A DNA stretch of 64,000 nt from contig CBDBCE010000004.1 of the NCBI GenBank assembly GCA_965203315.1, forward strand, positions 256,001-320,000, given 5' to 3'. Source of the stretch: Nitrosopumilus sp. GTDB lineage: Archaea; Thermoproteota; Nitrososphaeria; Nitrososphaerales; Nitrosopumilaceae. Numbering within the stretch: the first letter of the stretch is position 1; each line of letters starts with the position of its first letter. The translations under genes were made by a program, and so were the position numbers. Below the pieces are notes generated by a model. That model ran no database searches, was not told the DNA's origin, and saw only the letters and a list, made by a program, of their open reading frames with translations. Of this stretch, positions 31,751 through 41,897 are shown one piece after another.

Positions 31751-32434
31751 CTACCATAGTTGTTTGATTAGCGGTTCTGCGAAATAAGCTTTATCGTCGC
31801 AGTAGAGATCAATTAATGTTCGCAGTCGAGTTGTTAATTTAATATCGTCAATCTTGTTGACGTTGTCTTTTCTATCTGGTTTGAAGAGATATAGATATAC
31901 TCGTACTCGTCCATCATTGATATTATTTGCCATCGAATCCCATAGATCTTGTTCTACATAAGCATGAATAGCAAGATCTCGTACATAGTCAGAATATCAC
32001 TCCAAGGCGGTGGTTAAACAAAAAACAGAATCTTTCTTTTTAAGATACTCTAAAACCTTTGATCGATCTTCACCTACATCGATCTGAAGTCGTAAATCGC
32101 GCATATGTCGAAAGTTACTAAAGAATTTTACAAGACTCGGTGGTGACGAGACATAGTATTGGTGAGTTTTATCAACTAGATTGCGAGAGCGAGCAACATA
32201 TCCTAGTTGTTGCAACCATGTTACAAAGTTATGGATACTACCTCCGTGCTGATAACCCAACGCTCTTGCCATTGATCTCTGTGTGAATGATTTATGACTC
32301 AGCATATAGTACATCAGAGGATATGCATACTTTGATCTAAAGCTTGCCATGTTATGTGGTGCCTGGTCATCTTTTATGTGTTTGAGCATGAATTCTTGAC
32401 CGCATACGGTCAGAAAAACATGAACAAACATCAA
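31751..32434 (-). pseudogene. wHTH / AbiEi-like antitoxin gene split by an in-frame TGA
   Basis: ORFs 31997..32434 and 31751..31933 share one frame. Read-through gives ..CLTTALE*YSDYVRDLAIHAYV..TTRLRTLIDLY. Confidence 0.6.
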
Positions 32435-33207
32435 ATAGTTGACCTTAATACAAAATCATATCAGATTTGTCGCTATTTACACGATACAAATTCGGACATT
32501 TTTAACTTGCAGAGGATATCAAGTTTGTGTACGACTTTAGACCACTTTCAAATAGGATGTGTTGTGCAAATAACATCTCGTGTCTGATGGTGGCAATAAA
32601 GGTAGAATGAGATTTTAGATGAGACAATCAAAAACTATGGGAAAATCCACTACATTACAAAGATCATGGACTAGTCATACGCGAGTCAAAAACCAAGAAA
32701 AAAACCATAACCAAATTTTAGATGAGACAGATAGAATCAGACATTAGACACATCTTACACATGTAAATCATCTACAGATCAATGGTGAAGAGACGATTCA
32801 ACAATCTCATCTCAGATTGTTTTTGCAACAGTCAGAGAACTAGCGATCCATAGTATGACGTTAGGTCAACATGTTGTTTAGGCATGAAAAACAAACTTTA
32901 ATAAAAGATCATGCCTGACATCTATGACAACCGAACATCATACATCTTGTATCTCCATGAGCGGTACAACTAAATGACCACACATGTCTTTAAAGAGCTG
33001 TCGTGAAAGCATCACAGACACATTTGTCTAGAAACAGCTTCTAAAAGGAGCAGTTATCGACGAGTAATCAGGAGATGAATATCATGTCGAATGTTGGGAA
33101 TGCTATTCATATTCTACAACAACTGAACAAATCGTTCATAGTCTTTAAATACAAACTTTTGAAAGTTCTATCAAGAATTAAATAGAATTTACCTAGACTT
33201 GTACTAG

Positions 33208-34323
33208 TTGAGTCAAGCGATTACACAAATACATAGTGATATTGATGATATTCTAGAAGACTCGTTAAGTGGTAAGATGCCTGGACCAGATGAATGTCTG
33301 AGACTCTTGGAATCCGATGACGTTCATCTTATGGGTCTGGTCTCTGGGCATCTGGCACGAAGACGCTTTGGCCGCAAAGTATCATTTGTAAATAACATCA
33401 TTCTCAATTATACTAATGTCTGTATAACCGACTGCAAATTTTGTGCGTTTTATAGATCTCCTGGTACCCCCGAATCTTATACACTTACTCTTGATCAGAT
33501 AGAGTCTAGAGTGGCTGCAGCATGGTCTATGTTTAAGATACGACAAGTCTTGTTTCAAGGCGGACATAGCCCAAATCTAGGAATAGAATACTATGAAAAT
33601 GTCTTTTCTATGATCCGTAACAAATTTCCCAAAGTTGGCGTACATGGATTGTCCGCATCAGAGATTGATATGATTGCCAAAGTTGAAAAGTCATCAACAC
33701 GCGAAGTTTTGTCAAGACTCACAGCTGCTGGTTTGCAATCAATCCCTGGAGCGGGAGCCGAGATTCTAGTCGACTCTGTAAAAGATGTAATCAGTCCTAA
33801 AAAGATAACCAGTGATCGATGGTTACAAATCATGCGTGAAGCCTACTCTCTCGGTCTCTCTGCATCGGCCACAATGATGTATGGACACGTTGAATCAAAT
33901 CGCGATATTGTTGATCACTTGTACAAACTAGTAGATCTTCAAGAGCGCACTCCTGTATTCATGGCATTCATACCGTGGAACTTTGAACCTAATAACACTC
34001 TGCTACAAAAAGAGAAGACTGTACAGTATGGCACAGGAGGTACAACTCTCTTAAAGATGATCGCAATATCTAGATTGGTCTTTGACGGACTGATCTCACA
34101 TATTCAATCTTCGTGGCTTACCAATGGTGTTGGTATGGCACAGCTTGCACTACGATATGGTGCAGATGACTTTGGCGGTACCCTTATCGGGGAAGAGGTT
34201 GTATCATGTACGGGTGCTCGTTCTACCGAACTCACAGACAAGATAATCATAAATGCTGTCCATCAAATGGGTTATTCGATCCAAGAGCGTGACAACTTTT
34301 ACAATCCTGTATCGATCTTGTAG
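33208..34323 (+). CDS. mqnC: Radical SAM cyclic dehypoxanthine futalosine synthase (MqnC/CofH family)
   Basis: NYTNVCITDCKFCAFYR, QGG, PGAGAEIL, ATMMYGH, FIPWNF; adjacent to a UbiD-family gene. Confidence 0.85.
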   Translation: MSQAITQIHSDIDDILEDSLSGKMPGPDECLRLLESDDVHLMGLVSGHLARRRFGRKVSFVNNIILNYTNVCITDCKFCAFYRSPGTPESYTLTLDQIESRVAAAWSMFKIRQVLFQGGHSPNLGIEYYENVFSMIRNKFPKVGVHGLSASEIDMIAKVEKSSTREVLSRLTAAGLQSIPGAGAEILVDSVKDVISPKKITSDRWLQIMREAYSLGLSASATMMYGHVESNRDIVDHLYKLVDLQERTPVFMAFIPWNFEPNNTLLQKEKTVQYGTGGTTLLKMIAISRLVFDGLISHIQSSWLTNGVGMAQLALRYGADDFGGTLIGEEVVSCTGARSTELTDKIIINAVHQMGYSIQERDNFYNPVSIL

Positions 34324-35750
34324 TCTTGCCATCTAGAGTCTACTAGATTCTTGGTGTTGATATCTACAGATACTTGCTCTTGAATCTCGCGTGTATATCC
34401 TTCTTCTGCCGTCTTTTGCGTCGCATCGATCCCCATCTTTGAACCTAGATTGACCAGTGGTGATGCGGGATCGAGTGTATCTGTTGGTGTATGATTGATT
34501 ATGATTGTATCTCGTGCTGCGTCAGATCTAGTTGTAACTGCCCATATCACGTCATTGATATCATGTACATTGATATCATCGTCTACTATTATTATGATCT
34601 TTGTAAGCGCAAGCTGTCCTATACTCCATGCCCCCATCATGACCTTTTTTGCCTGACCAGGGTAACGTTTCTTGATGGATATGATCGCAAATCCTTGAAA
34701 CCATCCTGCGGGTGGCATCGAAAAGTCAACAACTTCGGGATGAATCATCTTCATCAATGGTAGAAATGAACGTTCGATGACTTTGCCAATGTACGCATCT
34801 TCGAGAATGGGTTTACCTACTATTGTTGTTATGTATATAGGATCTCTCCGTCGCATAACCCCCGTCAGTGTAAATGTTGGGTATGGTTCTACTGGAGTGT
34901 AATATCCTGTATGATCTCCAAAGGGACCCTCATCTCTCAAGTCATTAGGATCTACATATCCCTCTAATACAATCTCGGCGTTTGCTGGGACATCTAGATC
35001 AACAGTCTTGCATCTAACCGTCTTGATCCCTGTTCTCTGTGTGATTCCTGCAAAGAGATATTTGTCTAGCCCTTCAGGTACGGGAGCAATCGACGAGAAT
35101 ATGGTGGCTGGTTCGCCTCCTAGTATTATGGCAACGGGTATCTTTTCTCCCGCCTCTTTAGTTATCTCGCTGTGTTGTGCACCTCGTTTGTGCTTTTGCC
35201 AATGCATCAACGCATGAGTCTCATCGATGATCTGAATCCTATACACTCCTAGGTTTCTTACTTTGGTCTCTGGATGTCTGGTCGCAACCATTCCTAATGT
35301 TATGAATCTCCCCGCGTCCTTGGGCCATGAACGCAGTATCGGTAGATCGTTAAACGTCTCTTTGGTTGATACCGCTTGAGTTACCGGACCTGATGACTCT
35401 TTTGGAAACGCTTCTCCCATCTTTGAGATCTCTGGAAGTTTCTTTATCTTGCTTAGTATTCCAGAAGGCATCTCCATCTTTGTCATCTCTACTATTCTTT
35501 GACCAATATCTGTAAAGTCGGTCATCTCTAACCCTATCTCTAGTCGTCTCATAGATCCAAAGGCATTTCCCAAGACTGGTATGTTGTGACCTTTTACTTT
35601 CTCGAAGAGTAATGCAGGACCATTAGCATACATGCTCCTTCTCATTATCTCTGCAATCTCCAAGTCGGGGTCTACCTCAACCGACACTCGTCTCAATTCA
35701 TTACTCTCTTCTAATCTAGTAACAAGTTCGTGTATGTCGTTTATTGGCAT
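34299..35750 (-). CDS. ubiD: UbiD-family (menaquinone pathway) decarboxylase
   Basis: RNLGVYR, EGPFGDHTGYY, DTLDPAS, SKMGIDAT. Confidence 0.9.
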   Translation of the reverse strand: MPINDIHELVTRLEESNELRRVSVEVDPDLEIAEIMRRSMYANGPALLFEKVKGHNIPVLGNAFGSMRRLEIGLEMTDFTDIGQRIVEMTKMEMPSGILSKIKKLPEISKMGEAFPKESSGPVTQAVSTKETFNDLPILRSWPKDAGRFITLGMVATRHPETKVRNLGVYRIQIIDETHALMHWQKHKRGAQHSEITKEAGEKIPVAIILGGEPATIFSSIAPVPEGLDKYLFAGITQRTGIKTVRCKTVDLDVPANAEIVLEGYVDPNDLRDEGPFGDHTGYYTPVEPYPTFTLTGVMRRRDPIYITTIVGKPILEDAYIGKVIERSFLPLMKMIHPEVVDFSMPPAGWFQGFAIISIKKRYPGQAKKVMMGAWSIGQLALTKIIIIVDDDINVHDINDVIWAVTTRSDAARDTIIINHTPTDTLDPASPLVNLGSKMGIDATQKTAEEGYTREIQEQVSVDINTKNLVDSRWQDYKIDTGL

Positions 35751-35901
35751 AAAGGCTGTTGTGGCGATTTAGGTATTATGTCTTAGCTGTATAAGGCTCT
35801 GCAAGCTATCAGGATAAAGATGACAAAGGTACAAATTATGATCTATTTGAATACACTTCATACTGTTACACTTCAAATTGTCACTTGCCATGTTCATTGT
35901 T

Positions 35902-36070
35902 GGTTTTGTTCAATTGAAAGAGTTGCATTTTCTGCACAAAATTCTCGAAACTTTGCAAAATATGGAAGCGGTATCATATCGACTATAGTAAATTACTGCT
36001 GTTTTGAGTCTCAAGTTGTGCGTTGAGATGACGTCATAAAGATCTCAACCCCCGTCAACTGAACAAAACC
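35902..36070. mobile_element. MITE family A
   Basis: GGTTTTGTTCAATTG ... CAACTGAACAAAACC. Confidence 0.85.
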
Positions 36071-36184
36071 CGTTGATCACATCCTGACTTTTAGATCCTA
36101 ATTGTCATCCTTGCAAGATTTCATACTTTACATGTCTAAGATCATAAAGATCTACATCATCGAGTCTAGCTTGATCAATACACT

Positions 36185-36556
36185 TTACAGTGGAGGCAAC
36201 TCTGTTTTTTTATCAAATCCGCCAGAACCAAACTTGCAGTAGAAACATAATTCGGATTCCATGTACTTTACTACATCGATCTTGATCGCGCCCATCTTGA
36301 GTGCAATCTTTGTGAGAAATCTGTGTTTGAGTGGCATTGAAGGAATGACCTCTTCTTTGTATACTCTGTAGTGATCTGGACAAAACTTTAGTGTTATACA
36401 TGCTGTCTTGTCACTTGAATCTATGCTCTTTGTAATATTGATCTGTTCTCTCACATACTCGTGTTTCGGACATGGGCAGTTCTTTCCACCAGGATGTTTG
36501 TATGCTGGTGTATTCTTCCAATCAAAGTCTGGATACTCTCTCTCAAATTCGTCCAT
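36185..36556 (-). CDS. Conserved hypothetical Cys/His-rich protein
   Basis: CPCPKH, FCPDH, CFYC. Confidence 0.7.
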   Translation of the reverse strand: MDEFEREYPDFDWKNTPAYKHPGGKNCPCPKHEYVREQINITKSIDSSDKTACITLKFCPDHYRVYKEEVIPSMPLKHRFLTKIALKMGAIKIDVVKYMESELCFYCKFGSGGFDKKTELPPL

Positions 36557-36790
36557 GTATTGTGGAGAATTACATTGAATATAAAACTTGATTATTAGTG
36601 GTATATGTCATCAATTTACAATAACCATCTCCGTTACCCAACATTCGTATGTATCTAGTTCAAACTAATTTGATGCTTTCAAATTATCATCACGCTGTTC
36701 TTGTTTTCATACTGCTATTTCTTGTAGTGTACATGTTTCAATATTATGAATCACAATATACATAAACCCTAGATCATGAATCCTTGAACA

Positions 36791-37777
36791 TTGACAAAGA
36801 GACAAACCAAGAAAGATCTAGAAGATAAAATTGCTGAACTTGAGGCGCGATTAGAGACGCTTAGCGTAATTGCAAATCAGACACAACACGAATCCAAACA
36901 TACACAAAAACATTCGTCACAAGATAAGACACAACAATCCACAAAACCCAAAGGTACACTACCAAAGGGGTTTGAAGCCAAATCTGAACCAAAGTCAGAA
37001 CCAACCAAATCTGAACCTACAAAACCCAAAGGTACACTACCAAAGGGGTTTGAAGCCAAATCTGAACCAAAGTCAGAACCAACCAAATCTGAACCTACAA
37101 AACCCAAAGGTACACTACCAAAGGGGTTTGAAGCCAAATCTGAACCAAAGTCAGAACCAACCAAATCTGAACCTACAAAACCCAAAGGTACACTACCAAA
37201 GGGGTTTGAAGCCAAATCTGAACCAAAGTCAGAACCAACCAAATCTGAACCTACAAAACCCAAAGGTACACTACCAAAGGGGTTTGAAGCCAAATCTGAA
37301 CCAAAGTCAGAACCAACCAAATCTGAACCTACAAAACCCAAAGGTACACTACCAAAGGGGTTTGAAGCCAAATCTGAACCACCAAAGCCAACTCCTAAAG
37401 AAGATACTGCACAACCTCCAGTGACATATCAAGCAGCACTAGAAGACGCGTACTATAACTCGCCACAGACAGACTTTCATCAATACCGAGCAAAAGTTAC
37501 AGGATACTCTCCTGCACCAAACCGCTACTTTGTTAGACGAACAGCTCCTGTGGGAAAAGTTCCGACAACTAACTGGAATGAACAAAAGGCAACCGTTACC
37601 GGATACACACAATCATCAAACCAATACTTTGCAACTCGTCCTCGTCTAGCATATCATCCACCTGATAAGACCTTTGGTGGATTTAGTGGTGTGAATATGA
37701 TGGTTGAAGACATTGCACATGTCCAACCACAAACTGTATCTACAAAACCTAAAGGAACACTCCCGAAAGGATTCTAA
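36791..37777 (+). CDS. Low-complexity repeat protein with N-terminal coiled coil (PKGTLPKG repeats)
   Basis: TKKDLEDKIAELE N-terminus; 26-aa tandem repeats; T-rich terminator-like tract after the stop. Confidence 0.8.
   Translation: MTKRQTKKDLEDKIAELEARLETLSVIANQTQHESKHTQKHSSQDKTQQSTKPKGTLPKGFEAKSEPKSEPTKSEPTKPKGTLPKGFEAKSEPKSEPTKSEPTKPKGTLPKGFEAKSEPKSEPTKSEPTKPKGTLPKGFEAKSEPKSEPTKSEPTKPKGTLPKGFEAKSEPKSEPTKSEPTKPKGTLPKGFEAKSEPPKPTPKEDTAQPPVTYQAALEDAYYNSPQTDFHQYRAKVTGYSPAPNRYFVRRTAPVGKVPTTNWNEQKATVTGYTQSSNQYFATRPRLAYHPPDKTFGGFSGVNMMVEDIAHVQPQTVSTKPKGTLPKGF
36941..37381 (+). repeat. 78-bp intragenic tandem repeat, 5 full copies plus one partial
   Basis: Units start at 36941, 37019, 37097, 37175, 37253 and 37331; they look identical and encode TKPKGTLPKGFEAKSEPKSEPTKSEP. 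Confidence 0.95.
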
Positions 37778-37811
37778 ATAATTTCTTTTTTATTTTCACC
37801 GTAATATTATT

Positions 37812-38027
37812 TTGTTGGATGTTTTTGATAATTGTATGTCTCCGAGAATTCGTTGCCCTAACTGTCAGCAAAAAGAATGGCTCGAAAATCCATACATACA
37901 TCATCTTCCTCGTGCTCTACAGCTAAGTGATGGCAAATATGTGGTTGACGTCAACAATGGTATTAACATCAAGATTTGGCGATGTGATAACTGTATGTAT
38001 GTTATGCAATTTTGGGAACCTGATTAG
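37812..38027 (+). CDS. Small zinc-ribbon protein
   Basis: RCPNC and WRCDNC; the true start is probably the internal Met (MSPRIRC). Confidence 0.7.
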   Translation: MLDVFDNCMSPRIRCPNCQQKEWLENPYIHHLPRALQLSDGKYVVDVNNGINIKIWRCDNCMYVMQFWEPD

Positions 38028-38086
38028 CAAACAGCATTTATCACTTTCCTAAATGCTCGATACATTTTTTATTGCATTGACGGTTT

Positions 38087-38197
38087 AGATGTCTTCGATT
38101 TACATGGGATTGAATTTTACACAACTTTTCCATAATTTTCCCTTATAGAATCTTGTAATGTTTTCTAATTCTATCCTAACGTAAATCGAAGAGATCC
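38087..38197. mobile_element. MITE family B, solo copy
   Basis: AGATGTCTTCGATTTACATGGG ... GTAAATCGAAGAGATCC. Confidence 0.75.
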
Positions 38198-38224
38198 TCC
38201 AATAGATCTCCACAAACATAAAAT

Positions 38225-38651
38225 CATCTACATACTTTGGGTCGGTCACAAACTCATCACAAGATAGAGAGATTCTTTGGAACATTTGAAAATGATGTTG
38301 TACACTACACTTGAGTGAATGAATGTATTGGATACTGTAATGAGCAAAGATTGCATTTTGTGGTTCTGTTCAATTGACGGGGATGGGCATTTTCTGCACA
38401 AAATTCTTGAAAAATTTCGCAAATGTGGAAAAGGTCTCATCTGCTATCGTAAATTGCTACTGTTTTGAGTCACATATTGTACATTCTTTGAGATAGCGTC
38501 ACAACGATTTCAACCCCCCGTAAATTGAACAGAACCCTAGACTCTTCTCAAAGCGTTTAGAGCAACAAAACAAGCCAGTGCTAAAATTTGACAAGACTTC
38601 TAATGAGCAGACCAGACTTCTGAAAGTGTGAAATAATTCTCATTTAAGACA
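38225..38651 (+). pseudogene. Degenerate IS481 remnant (3' end) interrupted by MITE-A
   Basis: GATAGAGAGATTCTTTGGAACATTTGAAAATGA matches the transposase near 3186. TTTAGAGCA..AAACAAGC.AGTGCT and the TIR-like end GAAATAATTCTCATTTAAGACA also match. Confidence 0.8.
38362..38536. mobile_element. MITE family A
   Basis: GGTTCTGTTCAATTG ... AATTGAACAGAACC. Confidence 0.9.
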
Positions 38652-38703
38652 AAGTTGTCTATCAGATCTCAATGTTTATTAATACCCTGTATATCTAAAC
38701 ATT

Positions 38704-41118
38704 ATGGTTTCAAGAAATGTCGGTATTGGCATAGGCATTGCTGTAGCCGTTGCTATTGTAATTAGTGTATCACTTACAATGTCTCCACAACCTGCTGACA
38801 TTACTGATGTTGCTGACACACCTATCGAACCCGTCTCTGGTTCTCTTAGTGGCGAGGTTGAGGTAGGATTTCTTGTAGCATTATCTGGCGATCTATCATC
38901 TACTGGTGAACAAGTACATAGTGCTGCTAAAATTGCACAATCTGACTTTAATGCTTATCTTGCTGAATCTGGTCAAGACTGGACTATGAAACTAGTCATA
39001 GAAGACACTCAAACGAATCCCGTCGTCGCGCTAGAGAAAGCTACATCACTCAACTCTAAAGGTATTGGTGTCATAGTTGGCCCAGGTGCTAGTGCGAGCG
39101 TCAAGAATATCAAGGGATATGCTGACGCAAACAATCTCTTGTTACTAAGTTATAGCAGTACCGCACCTTCTCTTGCACTGCCTGATGACAGCGTATACAG
39201 AACAGTACCTGACGATGAGAAACAAGGACCTGCTATTGCAAATGTACTGTATGATCAAGGAATTCGTGCTGTTGCAATTGTATATCGAGCAGATGCATGG
39301 GGTGATGGTCTACAAAAGACCACGTCTGAGGGTTTTCAAGCGCTAGGTGGTGTTGTAGCTGAGCCAATCAGATATAATCCAACAACTAGTGAGTTTTCAG
39401 CTTCTGTATCTCTACTAGCTGAACAAGTAAGAACTCTGATTGAAGAACACGGCGAAGACAAGGTTGGTGTATCGATAATCGGTTTTGCCGAGACGCTACA
39501 AATAATGCAGTCTGCAGCAAATGAAGATGTTTTAAATGATGTAAGATGGTTTGGTACTGATGCCAATACCAATGATGTTAAAATTACCGATGATCCAATC
39601 GGTAAAGAGTTTGCAACAGCAACTCAATTTACCACTGTACAATTCGCAACAGCAGACAATCCGATAACTGCAATGGTCAGAGATTATGTGGCAGAAGATA
39701 TTGGACGCACACCTGCTGTATATGCATACACTGGATATGATGCCGTATGGCTTGCAGGTCTATCGATACTAGAAGCACAGAGTACAGATCCAGCTGATGT
39801 CAAATCTGTAATAATGTCAGTCGCAGCAGACAGAATAGGAGCATCTGGCTCAAACAAGCTAAACGCAGCAGGTGATCTAGATGCAGCAGACTATGACATT
39901 TGGGGTGTACCTGGAGGCGAATGGTCAATAGTTGGTAAATATGTAGCAGCTGAAAAGTCTGTCAATTGGGACACCTCTGGTGAACTGAATGGAGAGGTTT
40001 CCATAGGTGCGATCGTTGGTATATCTGGTGCTGTATCCTCTATCGCAGAAGAGGTAGTCAGCGCTTTCAAATTGGCAGAAGCAGACTTTAATGAATACCT
40101 GGCAGAATCTGGCCAAGATTGGACTCTGAATCTAGTTCTTGAAGATACTCAAACAAATCCAGTCATTTCGTTAGAAAAGACAGGATCATTACATGCTAAA
40201 GGAATTAGCGTAATTGTTGGTCCTTTTGCTAGTGCTAATTTACAAAATATTAGAGGATATGTTGATGCTAACGATATACTGGTAATAAGTCCAGGTAGTA
40301 CAGCTCCTTCTCTTGCACTGCCTGATGACAACATATATCGAACTGTGCCTGACGATGAAAAGCAAGGACCTGCTATTGCTCATGTAATGAACGATCAAGG
40401 AATAGGCGCAATTGTAATTATGTATAGAGGAGATGCATGGGGTGATGGGCTACAAAAGACAACATCTGAAAGCTTTACCGCACTAGGTGGCACCGTGGGC
40501 GATCCTATACGCTACAATCCCATGACTCGTGAATTCTCTGCATCTATATCTCTGTTGGCTAATCAAGTACAGTCTCTCGTAGATAAAAATGGTGAAGATC
40601 AAGTCGGTGTTGTTCTAATTGGCTTTGCTGAATCTCTACAAGTAATGCAAGCTGCAAATGAACATGAAATACTAAAACAAGTGAGATGGTTCGGTACAGA
40701 TGCCAATACAAATGATGCAAAGATAACTGGTGATCCAATTGGACTCGGCTTTGCAACAACAACCCAATTCACTACAGTTCAATTTGCAACAGCTGATAAC
40801 CAAATAACTACAAGAGTTAAAGATCTAGTTGCTGAGGATATTGGGCGGACACCATCTGTTTACGCATATACGTCTTATGACGCTGTTTGGCTTGCGGGAC
40901 TCTCTATAGAGTCTACTCAGAGCACAGATCCTACAGCACTTAAATCAGTTATTATGTCAATTGCAGCAGACCGAGTTGGAGCATCTGGTTCTAACAGATT
41001 AAACGAAGCAGGTGATTTGGCATCTGCTGATTATGACATTTGGGGAGTACCAGGTGGCGAATGGGCCATAGTTGGTAAATATATCGCTGACGAACAGTCT
41101 GTAAATTGGGATAGTTAA
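38704..41118 (+). CDS. Tandem-duplicated branched-chain amino acid ABC substrate-binding protein (LivK-like)
   Basis: N-terminal anchor plus two homologous type-1 PBP domains (EDTQTNPV, STAPSLA, DAWGDGL, YDAVW). Confidence 0.88.
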   Translation: MVSRNVGIGIGIAVAVAIVISVSLTMSPQPADITDVADTPIEPVSGSLSGEVEVGFLVALSGDLSSTGEQVHSAAKIAQSDFNAYLAESGQDWTMKLVIEDTQTNPVVALEKATSLNSKGIGVIVGPGASASVKNIKGYADANNLLLLSYSSTAPSLALPDDSVYRTVPDDEKQGPAIANVLYDQGIRAVAIVYRADAWGDGLQKTTSEGFQALGGVVAEPIRYNPTTSEFSASVSLLAEQVRTLIEEHGEDKVGVSIIGFAETLQIMQSAANEDVLNDVRWFGTDANTNDVKITDDPIGKEFATATQFTTVQFATADNPITAMVRDYVAEDIGRTPAVYAYTGYDAVWLAGLSILEAQSTDPADVKSVIMSVAADRIGASGSNKLNAAGDLDAADYDIWGVPGGEWSIVGKYVAAEKSVNWDTSGELNGEVSIGAIVGISGAVSSIAEEVVSAFKLAEADFNEYLAESGQDWTLNLVLEDTQTNPVISLEKTGSLHAKGISVIVGPFASANLQNIRGYVDANDILVISPGSTAPSLALPDDNIYRTVPDDEKQGPAIAHVMNDQGIGAIVIMYRGDAWGDGLQKTTSESFTALGGTVGDPIRYNPMTREFSASISLLANQVQSLVDKNGEDQVGVVLIGFAESLQVMQAANEHEILKQVRWFGTDANTNDAKITGDPIGLGFATTTQFTTVQFATADNQITTRVKDLVAEDIGRTPSVYAYTSYDAVWLAGLSIESTQSTDPTALKSVIMSIAADRVGASGSNRLNEAGDLASADYDIWGVPGGEWAIVGKYIADEQSVNWDS

Positions 41119-41299
41119 TCTTCTCTTCAGTCTAGAATAGAAACAAGATCATAGTCGTATTCATATCTCAAAAATGTTGTGATTGCTAGATTCATGATTC
41201 ATTAATCGCCGAATAAAATTACTAGACGTAATGGGAAATTACGAATAGCTATGATTTTTGTTTATGTCATCTGACATTCTATGGCTGTTATCTATTGTG

Positions 41300-41474
41300 G
41301 ATTCTATTCAATTGACGGGGATGGGCATTCTCTGCACAAAATTCTTGAAAAATTTTGCAAATATGGAAAAGGTCTCATATTATCTATCGTAAATTGCTAC
41401 TGTTTTGAGTCACATATTGTGCATTCTTTGGGATAACGTCACAGCGATTTCAACCCCGTAAATTGAACAGAACC
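41300..41474. mobile_element. MITE family A
   Basis: GATTCTATTCAATTGACGGGG ... AATTGAACAGAACC; closely similar to and co-oriented with the 38362 copy. Confidence 0.88.
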
Positions 41475-41816
41475 GCTTTGAGTACTGTCTTGTGCGATAT
41501 CTCGGTTTGTTTTGCTGCAACATTTGCAGATACTGGTGGTTCGAACAACTCGATTAAGCTAAATCATTTCAAATATGAGATCTTGATCGATGAGAAAGCA
41601 GATATCTCAAAATGGATTAAAGTCTCTCCTACAGGAGCTACAGCGTAGGCGACCTCTATTTTTCATAGCATAGAATTGCTTGTTTTTACAAAACTTGCAG
41701 ACGATATTTGCTCCCGACTTTGATTCGAGATACTTTATCGCAGATATCTCATCATGCGTAGTGACTATTAACGACGACAGATCCATTCACGGCTTCTGCC
41801 AAATTGTTCAATAAAA

Positions 41817-41870
41817 GTTTGGGGGCTCGATATCCCACAGCTCGATATCCCTAATCGCCAAAGTTAATAT
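41817..41870 (+). promoter_or_regulatory. Promoter block shared with 45107-45146, containing a duplicated GCTCGATATCCC
   Basis: GTTTGGGGGCTCGATATCCC[ACAGCTCGATATCCC]TAATCGCCAAAGTTA. Confidence 0.6.
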
Positions 41871-41897
41871 GCGTGCCCAAGTTTATGCTTAACGTTA

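Noticed and set aside
32590-32730. Possible second IS481-like scar (LDETIKNYGK; ATTTTAGATGAGACA twice)
   Set aside because: Too degenerate to delimit or support by eye.
36941-37381. Possible CRISPR array
   Set aside because: Units are contiguous, identical and in frame, with no unique spacers and no cas genes in the window.
36870-37424. Alternative-frame and antisense ORFs over the repeat and over other long genes
   Set aside because: Shadow ORFs produced by repeat periodicity and codon bias.
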